A stretch of DNA of 64,000 bases from Lama glama. Lineage: Eukaryota. Within the stretch, counting starts at the first letter, position 1; each line of letters opens with the position of its first letter. The stretch lies in contig CM052816.1 of assembly GCA_028534125.1 (NCBI GenBank), forward strand, positions 21,578,001 through 21,642,000, given 5' to 3'. A program made the translations under genes and the position numbers. Shown here piece after piece: positions 25,600 through 38,520 of the stretch. The notes beneath the pieces are model-generated. The model did no database searches. It was not told the origin of the DNA and saw only the letters and a list, made by a program, of their open reading frames with translations.

Positions 25600-27560
25600 A
25601 GGAGAAGAGGATAAACACTGCTTCTTATGCAATGTAAAAACCTTACAATAACATACTTCCTTTTACCCCTCCCTTTCTTTGTGCCGGTGTAGTTGTACGT
25701 TTACTTCTACAAATACCATAAATTCTGTAATGAATAGCTGTTATTTTTACTTTAAACAGTCAGTTGTCTCTGAAATAATGTAAGAAACAAGAAAACATGT
25801 TTTATACTTACTTGTAATATTACGATTCTTTCTTCCTTTGTTTACAGCCAAATTACCATCAGGTATCCTCTCCCCTCAGCCTTAAAAACTTCCTCTAGCA
25901 TTTCCAGTAGTTCAGGTCCACTGGTGATGAGTTCTTTCAGCTTTTTTTTTTTTGTCTAAAAATTTTTGAATTTCTCATTTCTTTTTTAAAAGATAATTGC
26001 TCTGGATATAGAATTAGAGGGGTTTTTTTTATATCTTATTCAATATATCATTTCATGTTTCCATGTTTTCTGGCTTATATTACTTCTGATGACAGGTAAA
26101 TGGTCATTCTTATTATCGTTATTCCTAGTGTAACATGTTTGTGCTCCTTCACTGTTTTTAAGATGTTCTGTTCTGTTTTAAGATATTTGATTATGATGTG
26201 CGTGGATTTGGTTTCCTTGTATTTATCCTGCTTGGGGTTTTGTAATCCTAAACTTCTTGTGATGGACAGTTAATAATTTTCGAAGTCAATTTAGAATTTC
26301 AGTCACTATTTTTTTAAATAAAGTTTTGCCTCAATCTCTTTCTTTCCTTTCCTTCTGGGAATTCAATTTTATATATACTAGACTGCTGAATATTGTTGCA
26401 AGGTCACTTCACTGAGACTGTGTTCATTTCTTCTTCTTCAGTCCTTTTTGTTCCTATGTTTCCATTTGGATAGTTTCTATCAACTTCAAGTTCATTGAAC
26501 TTTTCTTCTTCAGTGTCCAGTCTGCTCTTAAGACCGCCTCATAAAATTTTCATTTTATGTATTATATTTTGCAGCTCTAGAATTTCCTTTTAGTTCTTTT
26601 TTACAGTTTCCATTTCTCTGCTATTACGGCCCATCTGTACATTTATTATGTCCATCTTACCGGTTAGAGTTCTCAAACATATTTATAATAGTTGTTTTAA
26701 AGTCCTTATCTGCTAATTTCAACATCTGTGTTACCTTTGGATCTGTTTCTATTCATTATTGATTCTCCTGGTTATGGGTCATATTTTCCTGTTTCTTCAT
26801 ATGTCTGGTAATATTTGATTGTATGTTGGGAATTGTGGATGGGATATTGTTGACAGTCTGGATTATGCTCTTCTTTGCAGAGTGTTGTTTGTTTCATTAA
26901 GCAGTAAATTTACTACAGGCTTGATCTGGATCCTTTTGAGGCTTGATTTTAAGTTTTGTTAGGGCAGATGTAAAGTAACATATCCTATATGGCTAGAGTA
27001 ATCCTATTCCTAAGGTATGGACTTCCTAAGATTTTAATTAAATGTTCAGGGTGTTCAGCAAGGTCTTTCCTCTCTGGCTGGCCAGAACAGGTCTCAGCAC
27101 TGTGTAACCTTGGGAATCCCCATTTAGTTTACAGACTCAAAGTTTTTAATCAGGCCTTGAAGAGTCTTTCCCTGCACATGTGCAACTTAGACAAAGCCTC
27201 AAAGGTACCTCTGCATATTTATAGAGCTCCTTCTCCATGCAGCTCTCTTCTCCTTGATACCCTGCCCCCCAGATTCAACCACCTCAGTATCCTCTATCTC
27301 TGATTTCTGTTTCCTCCTCTCAGTGAGACCATTGCTCTGTTTGGGCTCTACTTCCCTATGCCATAGTTTGGAAAATGCCCTAGGTAAAGAGCTTTAGAGA
27401 ATGTGGAATTCACTTTGCGTGTTTCCTTTCTCTCAGGGATGAAAGCTATTTGATGTCCAATGCCTGTAATCAGTTGCTACAAATGTTTTATCTAGTTTTA
27501 CAGTTGTTTACAGTGAAGAAGTAAGTTTATTACCAATTACTCATTCATGGTTGGAATCCA
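25600..27560 (-). mobile_element. Ancient L1M 5'UTR/ORF1 region, antisense
   Basis: T-rich strand with phrases typical of antisense L1M ORF1 (gctctggatatagaatt, ttgcagctctagaatttcc, ctgctaatttcaacatctg); bounds approximate. Confidence 0.7.
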
Positions 27561-27734
27561 CTAAAATTTTAAAAGAAGAAAGGAAGGGAAAGGGAAATAG
27601 GGAGCCCTAATTCAGAATGTGGATCTGATGCCACAGGTATCTAAGAATCTAAGCTTTCACAGAAAGCATCTGGGCCAGTGGGGCCCATCCCTTTCTAGTA
27701 TTTTCTAATCTGGCATCAGTTTTAGACTGAATAA

Positions 27735-28600
27735 AACCTCCAGTTCTGGCCATGGAAGGTTGTATCAGACTAATCCTCCTGCCAAAATTGCAAAAAACAA
27801 GAATTTGAGGGATTGGAGAACAGCCAATACAGGTAAGAGCTGAAGGATTATGATCCTTGAAAAAAGGGAATAATGTGTAGTGAGTTCCACACTTACCCTG
27901 GCTTTTCCCCCTGAAATTATTTCCCACATTGCTGCACAGAGCAACTGGAGCTCTCAGACATTGCTGCTGGGAGTGTAATTTTGTGTAATCACCTAAAAAA
28001 ATGGTTAGAAGTAAATATTGTAGCTAAATATATGCATATCTTATGACCTAGCAATTCCATTTCTTGATTTATATTCCACATAAATGAATGTTTATTTCCA
28101 CTAAGAGACATGTGCAAACATATACAAAGCAGTTTTATTTAAAATAACTAAAAACTAGAAACAGTTCAAATGTTCACCAACAATAGAATGGATAAATTGT
28201 GGTATATTCAAACTATGGAATACCACACAGCAATGAAATGAAATGATGTACTACTGAAAACAACAAGATAGATTGTTATCACAGCCAGAATGTTGAGTTT
28301 AGGAAGCAGACATAAAACTATATAGAGTATAATTCTACTTCTATAAAATTTGAAATCTGACAAAAATGGTCAAAGGTGAAAGAAGAAAGAGTAGTGGTCA
28401 ATTTGGGGAGGTTTTATTGGCTATGATGGGGAACAAGGGAGCCTTTTGGTATAGTGGACATATACCAAATGGTGGTATATACCAAATACTAGGTGGTGGT
28501 TACATGAATGTATGTGTATGTAAAACACATTGAGCTATATATTAAGATATGTATATTTTTCTGTATGTTAAGTATATCTTAATAAGAAGTTTTAAAATAA
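27735..28600 (+). mobile_element. Ancient L1M 5' end stub followed by L1 3'UTR fragment
   Basis: 27735-27960 is homologous to the reverse complement of the L1 5' end at about 27350-27560; 27980-28600 has L1 3' phrases (atgacctagcaattcca, aatggataaattgtggtatattca). Confidence 0.65.
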
Positions 28601-29243
28601 AATTTTAAATGCCACTGGCTGCCCATGCCATTCTACCCCTGCTGGTAGGGGGTCTGTGAAGTTCAAGCAGGAGATACTGGCTTTCCAGTGGGTGGAATGA
28701 GGCCTGCCTGGCCACCACACGCCTCCATGTGAATTAGCCATCCTCCCACCCCAGCCCTTGCTCTTTCTCTCTCCCAGATCTCCAGTCCTCCGCCTGGCTG
28801 ACTACTCGGAGAGACCCAAACCGCAGCCCCTCACCTGACCACTCAGCAGGTGAGATGCCTCTTCTGCAGTTTCTCTCAGCCCCTGGGATTCACCATCAGT
28901 TTCCTCATCTGTGTCCCTGCTCCCCCACCACAACCTCTGCAAAACAAAACAAAAACAAATCAAAAAAACCCCATAAGCTCTGTCAGGGCAGGGATTCTGT
29001 CAGACTCATGCTGTCTGTGTCCCTGGGTACTGAGGACTGGGAACAGAGTGGGTGTCAGCAAATATTTATTGACTGAACGTGGGAAGTGAGAGTGCAGAGG
29101 GTGTAGAGGCCTTGGGTTGAGTGATCTAATGTGAAAGCCCTTCTAGAGCTGAGGGGCTGGCTGCTCCTCAGTATGGCCAGCGCAGCTCAGAGACAGTCCT
29201 GAGGCTAGATAGGACACTGAGCCAGTCCCTCAAGTGTAGGCTG

Positions 29244-29336
29244 CTTCCCCAAAGTCCACTTCCTCCCTCTGGCAGGTCTTTTCTTGGTAACTTCCCCAAA
29301 GTCCACTTCCTCCCTCTGGCCAGTCTTTTCTTGGTA
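29244..29336. repeat. 47-bp tandem duplication (2 copies)
   Basis: cttccccaaagtccacttcctccctctggc(ag/ca)gtcttttcttggta at 29244 and 29291; 2 mismatches in 46 bp. Confidence 0.95.
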
Positions 29337-32300
29337 CTCCGCATTGGTTGAACCCAGGGCAGGAGCACCTGTTGGTGTCACCTGTGCAGGTCAGCAGCCA
29401 GGGGCACAGAGCAGGGGAGGGGAGAGAGACTGGGATCTGAAGGAGCAAGCGGAAGCTGTCCATCTGACACAGATGATGTCTGTCAAGAGTTAGGTTACAC
29501 TTGTTACAGGGTGAATGCTCTATCCATTAGCTGCCCTGTTGCAGGAGCAGTTTAGAACATCAGAGGCACCCAGATGTGGACTGCCCATTCCAGCTCCTTT
29601 GGCCCCTCTACTCAAAGGGCTCCTCTCAACAGGAGCCATGTCAGTGGCCTCCCTCATCTCCTTACCTAACTTCACTGCACTACTGGCCCTTGGTTTTTCT
29701 TTAGTCGTGCTGGCTTCTATGATCTGAGGCTCCCCAAAGGCTGCAAGCCAACTAACTGGATGTGAAGGTACCTGGTTACCCATGGCTGAGTAAGGGGTTT
29801 GGGACCCTCCCAACACCTTTCCTGTCTTTCCTACCACTGGAGGTCCCAGCAGTGGAGTCCTTATGGCCTGGAAAACACTTCTATCTGCCATAGTTGCTCA
29901 TGCTTATGCTGCTCCAGGCAAAGATCCCAGCTAAACTTTGGCAGGTTGGAGGGGTAGGGCATGGGCTCAAGACCAGAGGAGCTTTTTGAGCAAGACTGGG
30001 ACCGCTTCTTTAACTGGGTGGCCCATGGTGGGCTCCATGCACCCTCTGCTGGCCATCCTCAGTTTTGCAGATGTAGCTCTCTGGGCAGGACCAGAGCCAT
30101 AGAATTCTCTCAGTTTTGAGGCCCCGTGCATCTTTGCCCCAAGAACACAGATAACTGCTGGTGTCCCAGGATGGAACAAAGAGAAAATTGCAGATCATGG
30201 TGAAGGCAGGGGGTCAGCCTGGCCTAGAGCTGTTGGGTGACTGTTAGGGTGAGAGAGTAATGCTTGCCCCCAGGACTGCTGACACACGATAATGTCTGAT
30301 GGCCCAGATACCCTTCACCACCTGGATCACTCACTCTTTAGCCAGGGAGATGCCCTCTCCAAGCCATCCCTGCTCCTCTTGGGAGTATGATTCCTATAGA
30401 TGATGGAGGTGAGTGTCTTTCTGATTCTAAGCCTCAATTGACTGGTTCAGGGTCAGGGACAAAGTCAGATTCTGGTTTAGTTAACATTAAATTTAGTTAA
30501 ATGTTATTGGTTTAGTTAAAATTAACATTAAGTTGTGAGAGAGAGTCAAGGTTATGAGCAGAGCTGAGTACAGAGCACAGAACCTCCTCCTCCTCATATG
30601 AGAGGTCACAAGCTTGTGCATGTACGCACGTTCCTATGTGCACATGTGCATGTGTGTCAAGTGGGTAAGGATCCTCCCACAAAAGGCTGTGGCCAAGTCA
30701 TTCTGTTTCTCAGCACTAGAGGCACAGGTGTCATCAAACTTCTCACAGGTTCATGCAAATGTTGGAAACAGGAAAAAATTTAGAAAACTACAAAAAGAAT
30801 ATAAATACTAAGTGTTAGCAAATGTAACTTTATGTCATGGAAACTAGAACTCAACTCAACCATGTTCTTACTGGGTCAGTAAAAATGTACTTATGTGGGA
30901 AGCCGGTTTATTGGAGTATGTTTGATGTGGTGTGGAGCAGTCAGGGCCTCCAGCAGAATAAGTGTCCTGGCTTCCCTTTGGTGGGTCAGAGTCCTGGGCA
31001 GTGTCCTTTCAGGACAGAGGACAGGGCTCAGCAGCAAGTTCAGATGACAGTGTCTACTCAAGGGGCAGGGGAAGAGTCAGAGCCCCAACCAGAGCTGATA
31101 CCAGCAGGGCAGTTGAGGACAGAAGAGAGCCTACAGGAGGGGATGGGGTCCTCAAAGCCTCAGCCACATAGGTGACTCAGGCTCCTGTGGTGATGAGGGC
31201 GTAGATGTACCAAGTCCTATGGCAATTTTGTACAAATCAGGAAAGAATATCACATTTGAAATTGACTTTATTTCCATCTACTAGTAAGTTGTAATGAATA
31301 TGCAAATCTACAATGTCTGCGCTGTGAATGGAGCCCCAGTCTTGTGCAGTACAGAATTTGCACAACTTGACTGGGCTAGGGTCACTCACAGATGGATTGA
31401 CTGGCAACCATCTCCCTCCAGAAAGGATATAAGGCGCCTCAGAAGCATGCATCAGTATAGCAGAAGAGCATTCATGTAAAACTAGGAAGGGGAAGTGAGG
31501 CCAGGGAGAGGAAGGGTGGTCTTAGCGAGTTAGTGCCAAGACCATCATTAACTGGGTGGTTACCTTATAAAGGAAGGAGCCTCAAGATTGAAGAAACCAG
31601 ATGCTGTGATTAGGACTCCTTGTCAGCCTGAAACCCTGAAGGGTGCTGATGTGTTCTCTGGAGGTAGCCAGCTGGAGCCCCATTCTTGTGTGGTCTAGGT
31701 GCTGCCACTGATTTCCTTTACCAGGGCCTGCTCTGGGGTGACAGGCCTGAGGGAGCCAAGGGTGAAAAGACCTCATTCTGGATGTGAAGCTGGGTCTCAT
31801 CCTGAAGAGGGAGTTCAGAATGGGGAGTAGAGCATTTAATAATTTGTTGAACGAATGAGTAAGTGAAAGCACACAGCCCTCCTGTTCTACCTCCTTATTC
31901 ATTCTTAACTATATCCACTTCTCTCTCTCTGCATTGCCATTCCCAAGTTCAAGTCACCATCAGCTGTCATCTAGACTTTGCACCAGCCCCCTCCCCAGTC
32001 ACCTCCAGGCTCTGCTCCTCCTTCTCCTCCTCCCCCACAGTAAGCAGACGGGGGTGCTCTCCCTGGATCCTAAATGGAATGGTGCTCCTCCCTGGCCTTC
32101 ACTCTGGGGTGGCTGCTCCCTGCCCTCAGCATCACATCCAAACCTGTTTCGTGGCCCTTGAGGTCTCAGGTGATCTGTCCCTGGGACCACTGCAGCCTTG
32201 CCTGTCATTTCTCCCTCACTCTCTGCTCTACTGGCTTCCTGACATTTTGACAAGGACTGAAAAAAATAGTAAAACCACTGAACTTTCAGCCTTTTAAACA

Positions 32301-32912
32301 GTAGCAAAGTCAGATGTCCAATAGCTATCCCCAGCCCTCACATAATCCTCACACATCCCTAATCCCTTCCCAGCCTCCATTTGAGCTCAAGACTCAGTGA
32401 GGAGGGCTGGAGTGGGGATGGGCTATTTTTAAAGGTATACTTTACACTGTATGCATCAAAATATGAGGATTGGTAAATACCATACCTAACTAACTCCTAG
32501 CCCTCTGGCCATTTGTACTAGCCCAGAAGTTTCTTGCCCAGGCAGGAAGTGGGAAGGGTGTGGTGAGGAGGGAAGCTCTCTACCCTGAGGACCTGCTCTG
32601 GATCTGCTGGATAATTATAGCTCCCAGAGGCCCTGGATGCCTCTCTCCACCATGTAATGACAGCCCAGCTTGTTCTGGCTTTGAGGTCTCTGGCTGCAGG
32701 GGTCCTTGGGGGAGGCAGATGAGAGGGAATATGTAGTCATTCTATGGGTGTGCCTCATCTTTTGCATGTACCAAGCAGGCACTCTGTGGGGACACACTTG
32801 GCCCTGTCCAGGGCTGGCACCGCGGGTCCCTGGATATTCTGCCAGATTCGTACCCTTCCCCAGGTTGTAAGGCCAGACTAACTAGGAGGCCCTATTTCTG
32901 AAGCAGTAAGGC

Positions 32913-32930
32913 CACCACTAGGTGGCCCCA
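32913..32930 (+). promoter_or_regulatory. Putative CTCF site (forward)
   Basis: CACCACTAGGTGGCCCCA matches the CTCF core CCACTAGGTGGC. Confidence 0.55.
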
Positions 32931-33754
32931 CTCAAGCTATACCACCCACCCTCTCTCCCAAGCCTTGAGTCAAAGTGCTGGTCAGTTGGGATACACCCGG
33001 TCTTTTCTCAGTCCCTAAAGGGAGGAACCTGGAGGGGAGGATTGGTCCCAGGGTCCAGTGGACAGCTGTATGTGACTGTGCTGAAGGGTACAGATGTGTG
33101 GCAACATGTACAATACACTGTGCAACATTGGTTGATCCCGGGAGCCCTGCTCTGGGGAATTTTGTGGAGGGACAAGGTGCTCATAAGCCCTGGCCAGGTT
33201 TCCAACTGCTGTAGTGGTTGCCAGGCCTTGCAAGAGTAATCAGAAGTCAGGGTGGCCTCAGAGCCAGGCAGTAGGACTTGCCCCCTTCCCCTTCCCCAGG
33301 GCAGGGCTCACAGGTGAGTAGGGGAAGGCAGGGGCAGAGCAAACTGAGGAGGCCTCCATTTAGAAGGAAGGGCTGCACTCCACCAGCCCTACCATTCATC
33401 CAGTTACCTGTCCACCCTGCACAGGTATTTTTGCCAACCCTTCTGGAGATATGCCAGATCCTTCTCTTGGGATAGAGGTGGTAGGCAAACAATTCTAGGC
33501 AGCTTTGAGGAGCCATCAGCCGGGGAATCTCACTTAGGGATAGGGGGTAGGGCCTCATTTGGCAATGCCTCTGGCCAAGCTGGGGTCAAAGGTGGAAGTC
33601 CATACCTGATCTGGAGACTGAGGAGGGTCTCTAAGACTGGGACCAGGAAGGCAGCACTTCCTATCAGAAGCCTTTACCAGCTGGAAAGGGCTGGGCCTGG
33701 ATAAGTTTGCTGTGTGAGTCTGTTCAACTGCCAGTTTTCCCACTAGACCCTTTG

Positions 33755-33891
33755 TTTTTTTTGTGGGGGGGGGCATGGTGGTGGTAATTAGGTTTGTTTA
33801 TTTGTTTATTTAAATGGAGGTACTGGGGATTGAACCCAGGACCTTGTGCATGCTAGGCATACACTCTACCATTGAGCTACACTCTGCCCCC
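33755..33891 (-). mobile_element. tRNA-derived SINE (camelid-type)
   Basis: Minus strand has an A box (tagctcaatggtagag), a B box (gggttcaatccc) and an (aaat/aaac)n tail; direct repeat agaccctttg at 33745-33754 and 33899-33908. Confidence 0.85.
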
Positions 33892-34974
33892 TGGACAGAG
33901 ACCCTTTGATCTTCACAGTCCCTGAATACTTAGCACTTAGAATAGGATAGAGCCATTACCAGATGTGGCTTTGTTTACACAATAGATTTGGGGAAAAAGG
34001 AATGTGACATGGCTGTTGAGTCACTAAGTGACCCAGAATGGGTGTTCTTAGTGAGGTCTGCTGGAGGCCACAGTGAGGGATGACCATTCATTCATTCATG
34101 TATTTTTCATGTATTTTTCTTCCCCATCCCCTGTCTAGGTCCTGGGTGCCAGGCCTTATGCTAGAGGTACAGTGATAAACAGGACAGAAGCAGCCCCATC
34201 CCCAGGAAGGCGCCGTGGTGAAGGAAGTAGACATGATAGTCAGATGGCTTAAGTGGAATTCATCCATAAGGAGCAGTAGGGCCTATGCAGGGACCTGGGT
34301 CAGCCTGGGTCCAGAGAAGGCTTTCAGAGAATACAACATTTTGGAGTGTTCTGGCCAGAAGAATGACACAATCAAAGGCCAGGGACCTAAAAAATGCCAG
34401 GGATGCTGGAGCATCAAGTTTGAGGCTGCATATAAGAGAGGCCATCAGAGCTGGATAAAGGGTATTGGCAGCGTTGGTGTGATGTGTGTCTATCCTGGTG
34501 GCAGAAACACCTCGAGAAGTTCTATACATGAAAACAACATGATCAGAATCACACTGTTAAAAGATCACTCTGCTTGTGGAATGGACTAAGGATAGAAGGA
34601 GCTGAGTGGAAGCTGTGGGCCATGATGGATTGTCCAAGTGGGAGGTGGAGGTGTCCTGACTTTGGGCTGTGGTTACAGGAATGGAGATAGGTAAATGGAC
34701 TGAGAGATCTACAGGGATGTGGGGGGGACATGGTGGGGAAGAAAGTGGGAATGACCGGGAGAATTTGATTCTGTTTCCTGAGATATGGGAAATGCTGGAG
34801 CAGCAGCAGTTTGGGTGGTGTGGGTTAGGATGTGGGGAGATAATGAGTTCATTCATCAAGTGGCCACAAAGAAAAGGCTACGTGGGTCTGGAGTGGACCT
34901 TGGCTGGAGATTCGTAAGTAAGAGTCAAAGATTTATAAGGGGCCCAGTAACCCCTGAAGGGCATTAGGGTCAGG

Positions 34975-35175
34975 TGTACTGGGTTGAATGGTGGCCCCCA
35001 GAAAGATATGTCTAAGTCCTAATGCTTGGACATTGTGAATGTGATCTTATTTAGAAAAAAGAACTTGCAGATGTAATTAAGAATCATGAGGTGAGAGCAT
35101 CCTGATTACTCAGGTGGGCCCTAAATCCAATGATAAGGATCCTTATATAGAAGAGGAACAGATGCAGACACATAG
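34975..35175 (+). mobile_element. MaLR LTR fragment (MLT1-like)
   Basis: Begins TG with typical MLT1 5' phrases (gggttgaatggtggccccc, gaatgtgatcttattt, gcagatgtaattaag, gggccctaaatccaatga). Confidence 0.75.
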
Positions 35176-35269
35176 GAATGAGTGGGGTCCAGGTCTCTGA
35201 GGCCCTGTAGAGGCCTTAGTCAGGCCTTGGCTACCCGTGTATGGAGCAAGGCATTAAGGAGATACCCAT

Positions 35270-36760
35270 TCCTTCATGTAGTCATGAACTATTTATTGAG
35301 TTCAGTTCTGGGGTAGCAGCTGACGATATGATGACAGACAAAAACACACATAGTTTACACACTCCCGGAGCTCCCAGGCCAATTGTAGGCAGTGCGGGGG
35401 ACAGACATTAATCGAACAATCATTCAGCTATATCAACTACAGCAAGTGTTAACAAAGCATGTAGGGTATGAGAGGCTGTAATAGGAGGTTCTGACCTGGT
35501 CAAGCATGTGAGGAAAATCCCTCTGGGAGGATCTGAGGGATTTAATCAGGGAGGAGGGAAATTTTTCTAGACAGAAAGAACAGTATGTGCAAAGGCCTGT
35601 GAGTGGAGTGGGGAGGGAGAATGGCCAGTTAGAGGGACTGAGGGAAGGTCAGCATGGCTAGAGAAGTGAGCAGGGGCCAAACCACACAGGGCCTTATAGA
35701 CCATTTTCAGGATTTTTCCTAAGAACAATGCAGTTCACTAAGCTGAGAGTGACAGGTTCAGAACTGCATTCTGAGGAGGTCGCTGGCTGCAGTGTGGAGA
35801 AGGGACAGGGAAAACAAGAATGGAGGGGAACAGCCAACCAGGAACTGTTGCAATCATTCAAACAAAAGAGTATGGAGAGAAATGGGTGGATTAGAGAGAG
35901 ATTCAGATGGTAGAACTGAATGGATGTGGGAGAAGGAAGGATAGTGTCGGGGGGCAGGGCACAGGGAGGTGCTGAGTGGTTAGGTAACTGGTGGGGGTGG
36001 TGCTCCCTCAGTGAAGTAGAGAATATGGGAGATATGGTGGGGGGAAGGCGAGAGAGTTGGGCATGTTGTAATTGAGGTGCCTGTGGACAGTCAAGTGGAG
36101 ATGTAGACTCAGCAGCCAGTTATATGAGTCCGGAGCTCACGAGAGAGGACAACAGTAGAGAGAGAAATTTATGAGTCATCTGCATATAGGAAGAAATTAT
36201 AGAAAGAGGAAAGGAAAGAGGAAAGGCCTGAACTCTGAGGAACCTCCAACCTTTACTGACTAATGGGGAGAGAGGGAGAGGAGGATGTACTGGAGGCAAA
36301 GATGCTTGGGCAGAGGTGGCCAGAGAAAATGGTGGCAACCAAGGGAAATGAGTATTTCAGGGAGACAGTGGTCAAACGCTGCTGGGGTGTCAGATGGTGC
36401 TAGGGGGTTGGCAAATGAGGACAGAAGAGTGGCTGTTGAATTTAGAGACTTGGAGGTTATAGAGAGTTTGCTGAGTTCTGGTTTGGTGTTGTCAGGGATC
36501 CAGAAGGCCCACTACAGAGGCTGAGTAGTGAGAGAGAGGTGAAGACAAGGAGACTGCTCTTTGAGGGAATTTTGCTGTAGTTGAGAAGGAGAGAGACACT
36601 GCAGTAGTTGGTGGAGTCTAATGAGGGTTTGTTTCCATAGTAGAGGCCTGAACATATTTATAGGTTAAGGGATGGATCCATTTGAGAGGAGGAAGTTCAA
36701 CATTCAAGACAGAGAAGGGATGATCCACAGGGCAAGCTTCTGAGAAGAGGGAGAGAATGG
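35270..36760. mobile_element. L2 LINE fragments
   Basis: Purine-rich degenerate L2-like phrases (tttattgag, gaacagtatgtgcaaaggcc, gaggtgcctgtggaca...aagtggagatg); bounds approximate. Similar L2/MIR debris is scattered through the window. Confidence 0.6.
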
Positions 36761-37416
36761 GAGAACCTGGGCAGACAGAGGGAGGCTCCATGGCATAACA
36801 GGATGTAGCAGATGCAGGAAGATTTCTGTTTGGTTTTAGTTGAACTCTGGTGGAGGTCAGCTGGTGGCTGAGGAAGGCCAGGAGAGTGGCTCATTCTGTG
36901 CTTTATGTGTGTTGTGTATATTTCTGTGTGACTGTGGCTTCCCTGGGTCTGGGCTGCCAGCCTGGACAGTGTGCCATAGGGAATATCCCTTGCACTGGTA
37001 TGGGCGGAGGTTGGACACCTCCCACTCTGGGCTAGCTCTCTGATGAGATTCTCAGACCAGTTTCCCCTCATTCATGACCAGGAAGGTTCACAGAGCAGGC
37101 GTGGGAAACTGCTTGGCAGCCAGGGCCTTCTCTAGCCCAGATTGAGGTTTGCAGCATCGTGCCTTCATTCCCTCCCAGACTGGATTGGCTGAATGAGGTG
37201 ACCACTGGTTTTGGCCCGGGTTGTATGGAAGGGCTTGGGCAAAACAAAGTTAGCCCCAATGTGCCCCTCTCCCCCAGTCTTTGATGGAGTCCCTTCTAAT
37301 CAACCCATTCACCCACACATACATCACCAGGAGTGCCTGACCCAGCTGCTGGGTTCAGTGGCAATCCCTTTGGGAGCCTGGCCCTGGGAGTGGATCCCAG
37401 GTCCCTAGTCTTCTTC

Positions 37417-37490
37417 TTCTTTTTTTTCTTTTTTTAACATTTTTTATTGATTTATAATCATTTTACAATGTTGTGTCAAATCCCAGTGTT
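37417..37490 (-). mobile_element. Severely 5'-truncated young L1 (3' end plus poly(A)) with 19-bp TSD
   Basis: Perfect direct repeat caggtccctagtcttcttc at 37398-37416 and 37491-37509; minus-strand insert ends ...tataaatcAATAAAaaatgtt plus an A-rich tail. Confidence 0.85.
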
Positions 37491-37649
37491 CAGGTCCCTA
37501 GTCTTCTTCAAGGTCTTCTCCACTGTCCCCACCCCTGATAATCCAGCTCCTGGGCCGGGTAACCCCACCCCCGGTAACCTGATGGTGGAGATGTTGGGGA
37601 GGGGGCAGTAGGAGCCCATATATACGGCAGGACCACCGAGGAAATGGGC

Positions 37650-38520
37650 TTGAGATGGGGTCCGGGGGCCGCTCCTCGTACAGCACCGGCGCCAGGATCG
37701 GGTCCTGGGCCCGTGTCCAGCCGCCCTGGGAGGAGGGCGGGCGGAGTCCCACAGGTGGGAGCGCGAGAGGGGAGGCGGGCGAGGCGTACGTGCGGCGAGG
37801 GGCGGGCGGCATGAAGGGCGCGGGCGGTCGGCGCCCGCCTGGCCCGGGGCCCGCTCCCGGCTCCCGCGCGGGCCGGCGGCCTGGGCCTTCCCGGGGGGCG
37901 CTGGCGGTGGCGACCCCCGGCCGGGGCTGTCGGGGCGCGGAGCCAGGGGCCGGGCGGGCGGGGGACGGAAGGCAGGGACGTGGCAGCGGCTCAAGCGGGC
38001 GGAGCCGGGCCGCGGCGGGAGGCGGGGCCGCCGAGGGGGGAGGCGCCGAGCGGGCCGGGTGCCGCCGCGGGAGGTTCTGGAAACGCCGGGAGCGGCGCGT
38101 GTCCCGGTGAGCGTCCTGCCCGCCCGGCCGCCGGGTCCGCCTCGGGGCTCGGGCGCGGGCCGGGGTCGCCGGGCCGAGCGTTGTGCCCGCGCGGGGCAGC
38201 GAGTTGGGCGCCGGGGGTCGCGCCGCCTGCCGCTCGCCACGCTGTCCCGGCCGCAAGCCCGCGCCCTCCGCCCAGTTTCTACAGGCGTGTGGGTTCCTGT
38301 CCCGCCGCTGCGTTCCCTCCCCGAGCTCTCGGCGGTGAGGTCAGCGGCGCCCTTCCTGCCGGTCCCCTCGGCGGCCGCGAGGGGCCGGGCGGGGCGGGGA
38401 GCTTGGCCGCTCAGCATGTCAGGCTCCCGGGAAGGGGCGGCCTGGCCCAGGGCTGCCAGAGGTTGGAGGCGGAGGCGGGGGCATCGGGCAGGCCCTGAGG
38501 GGCCGCTTAGTTTTGGAGGG
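37650..38520. promoter_or_regulatory. P4HA2: P4HA2 CpG-island promoter with hypoxia-response elements
   Basis: Dense CpG and GC boxes; TACGTGC at 37787-37793 and ACGTG at 37978-37982 (RCGTG HIF core); P4HA2 is an established HIF-1 target. Confidence 0.88.
37990..38106 (+). other. P4HA2: P4HA2 non-coding exon 1 (start approximate)
   Basis: Ends ...ggaggttctggaaacgccgggagcggcgcgtgtcccg|GTGAGC within the CpG island; resembles the human 5'UTR as I recall it; the TSS cannot be fixed from sequence. Confidence 0.65.

Noticed and set aside
30474..30535. AT-rich quasi-palindrome with three tttagttaa copies
   Set aside because: Looks like local slippage; too short and low in complexity to support a function.
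33810..33891. tRNA-like A and B boxes (also 47250-47326)
   Set aside because: SINE heads with simple-repeat tails and target-site duplications, not tRNA genes.
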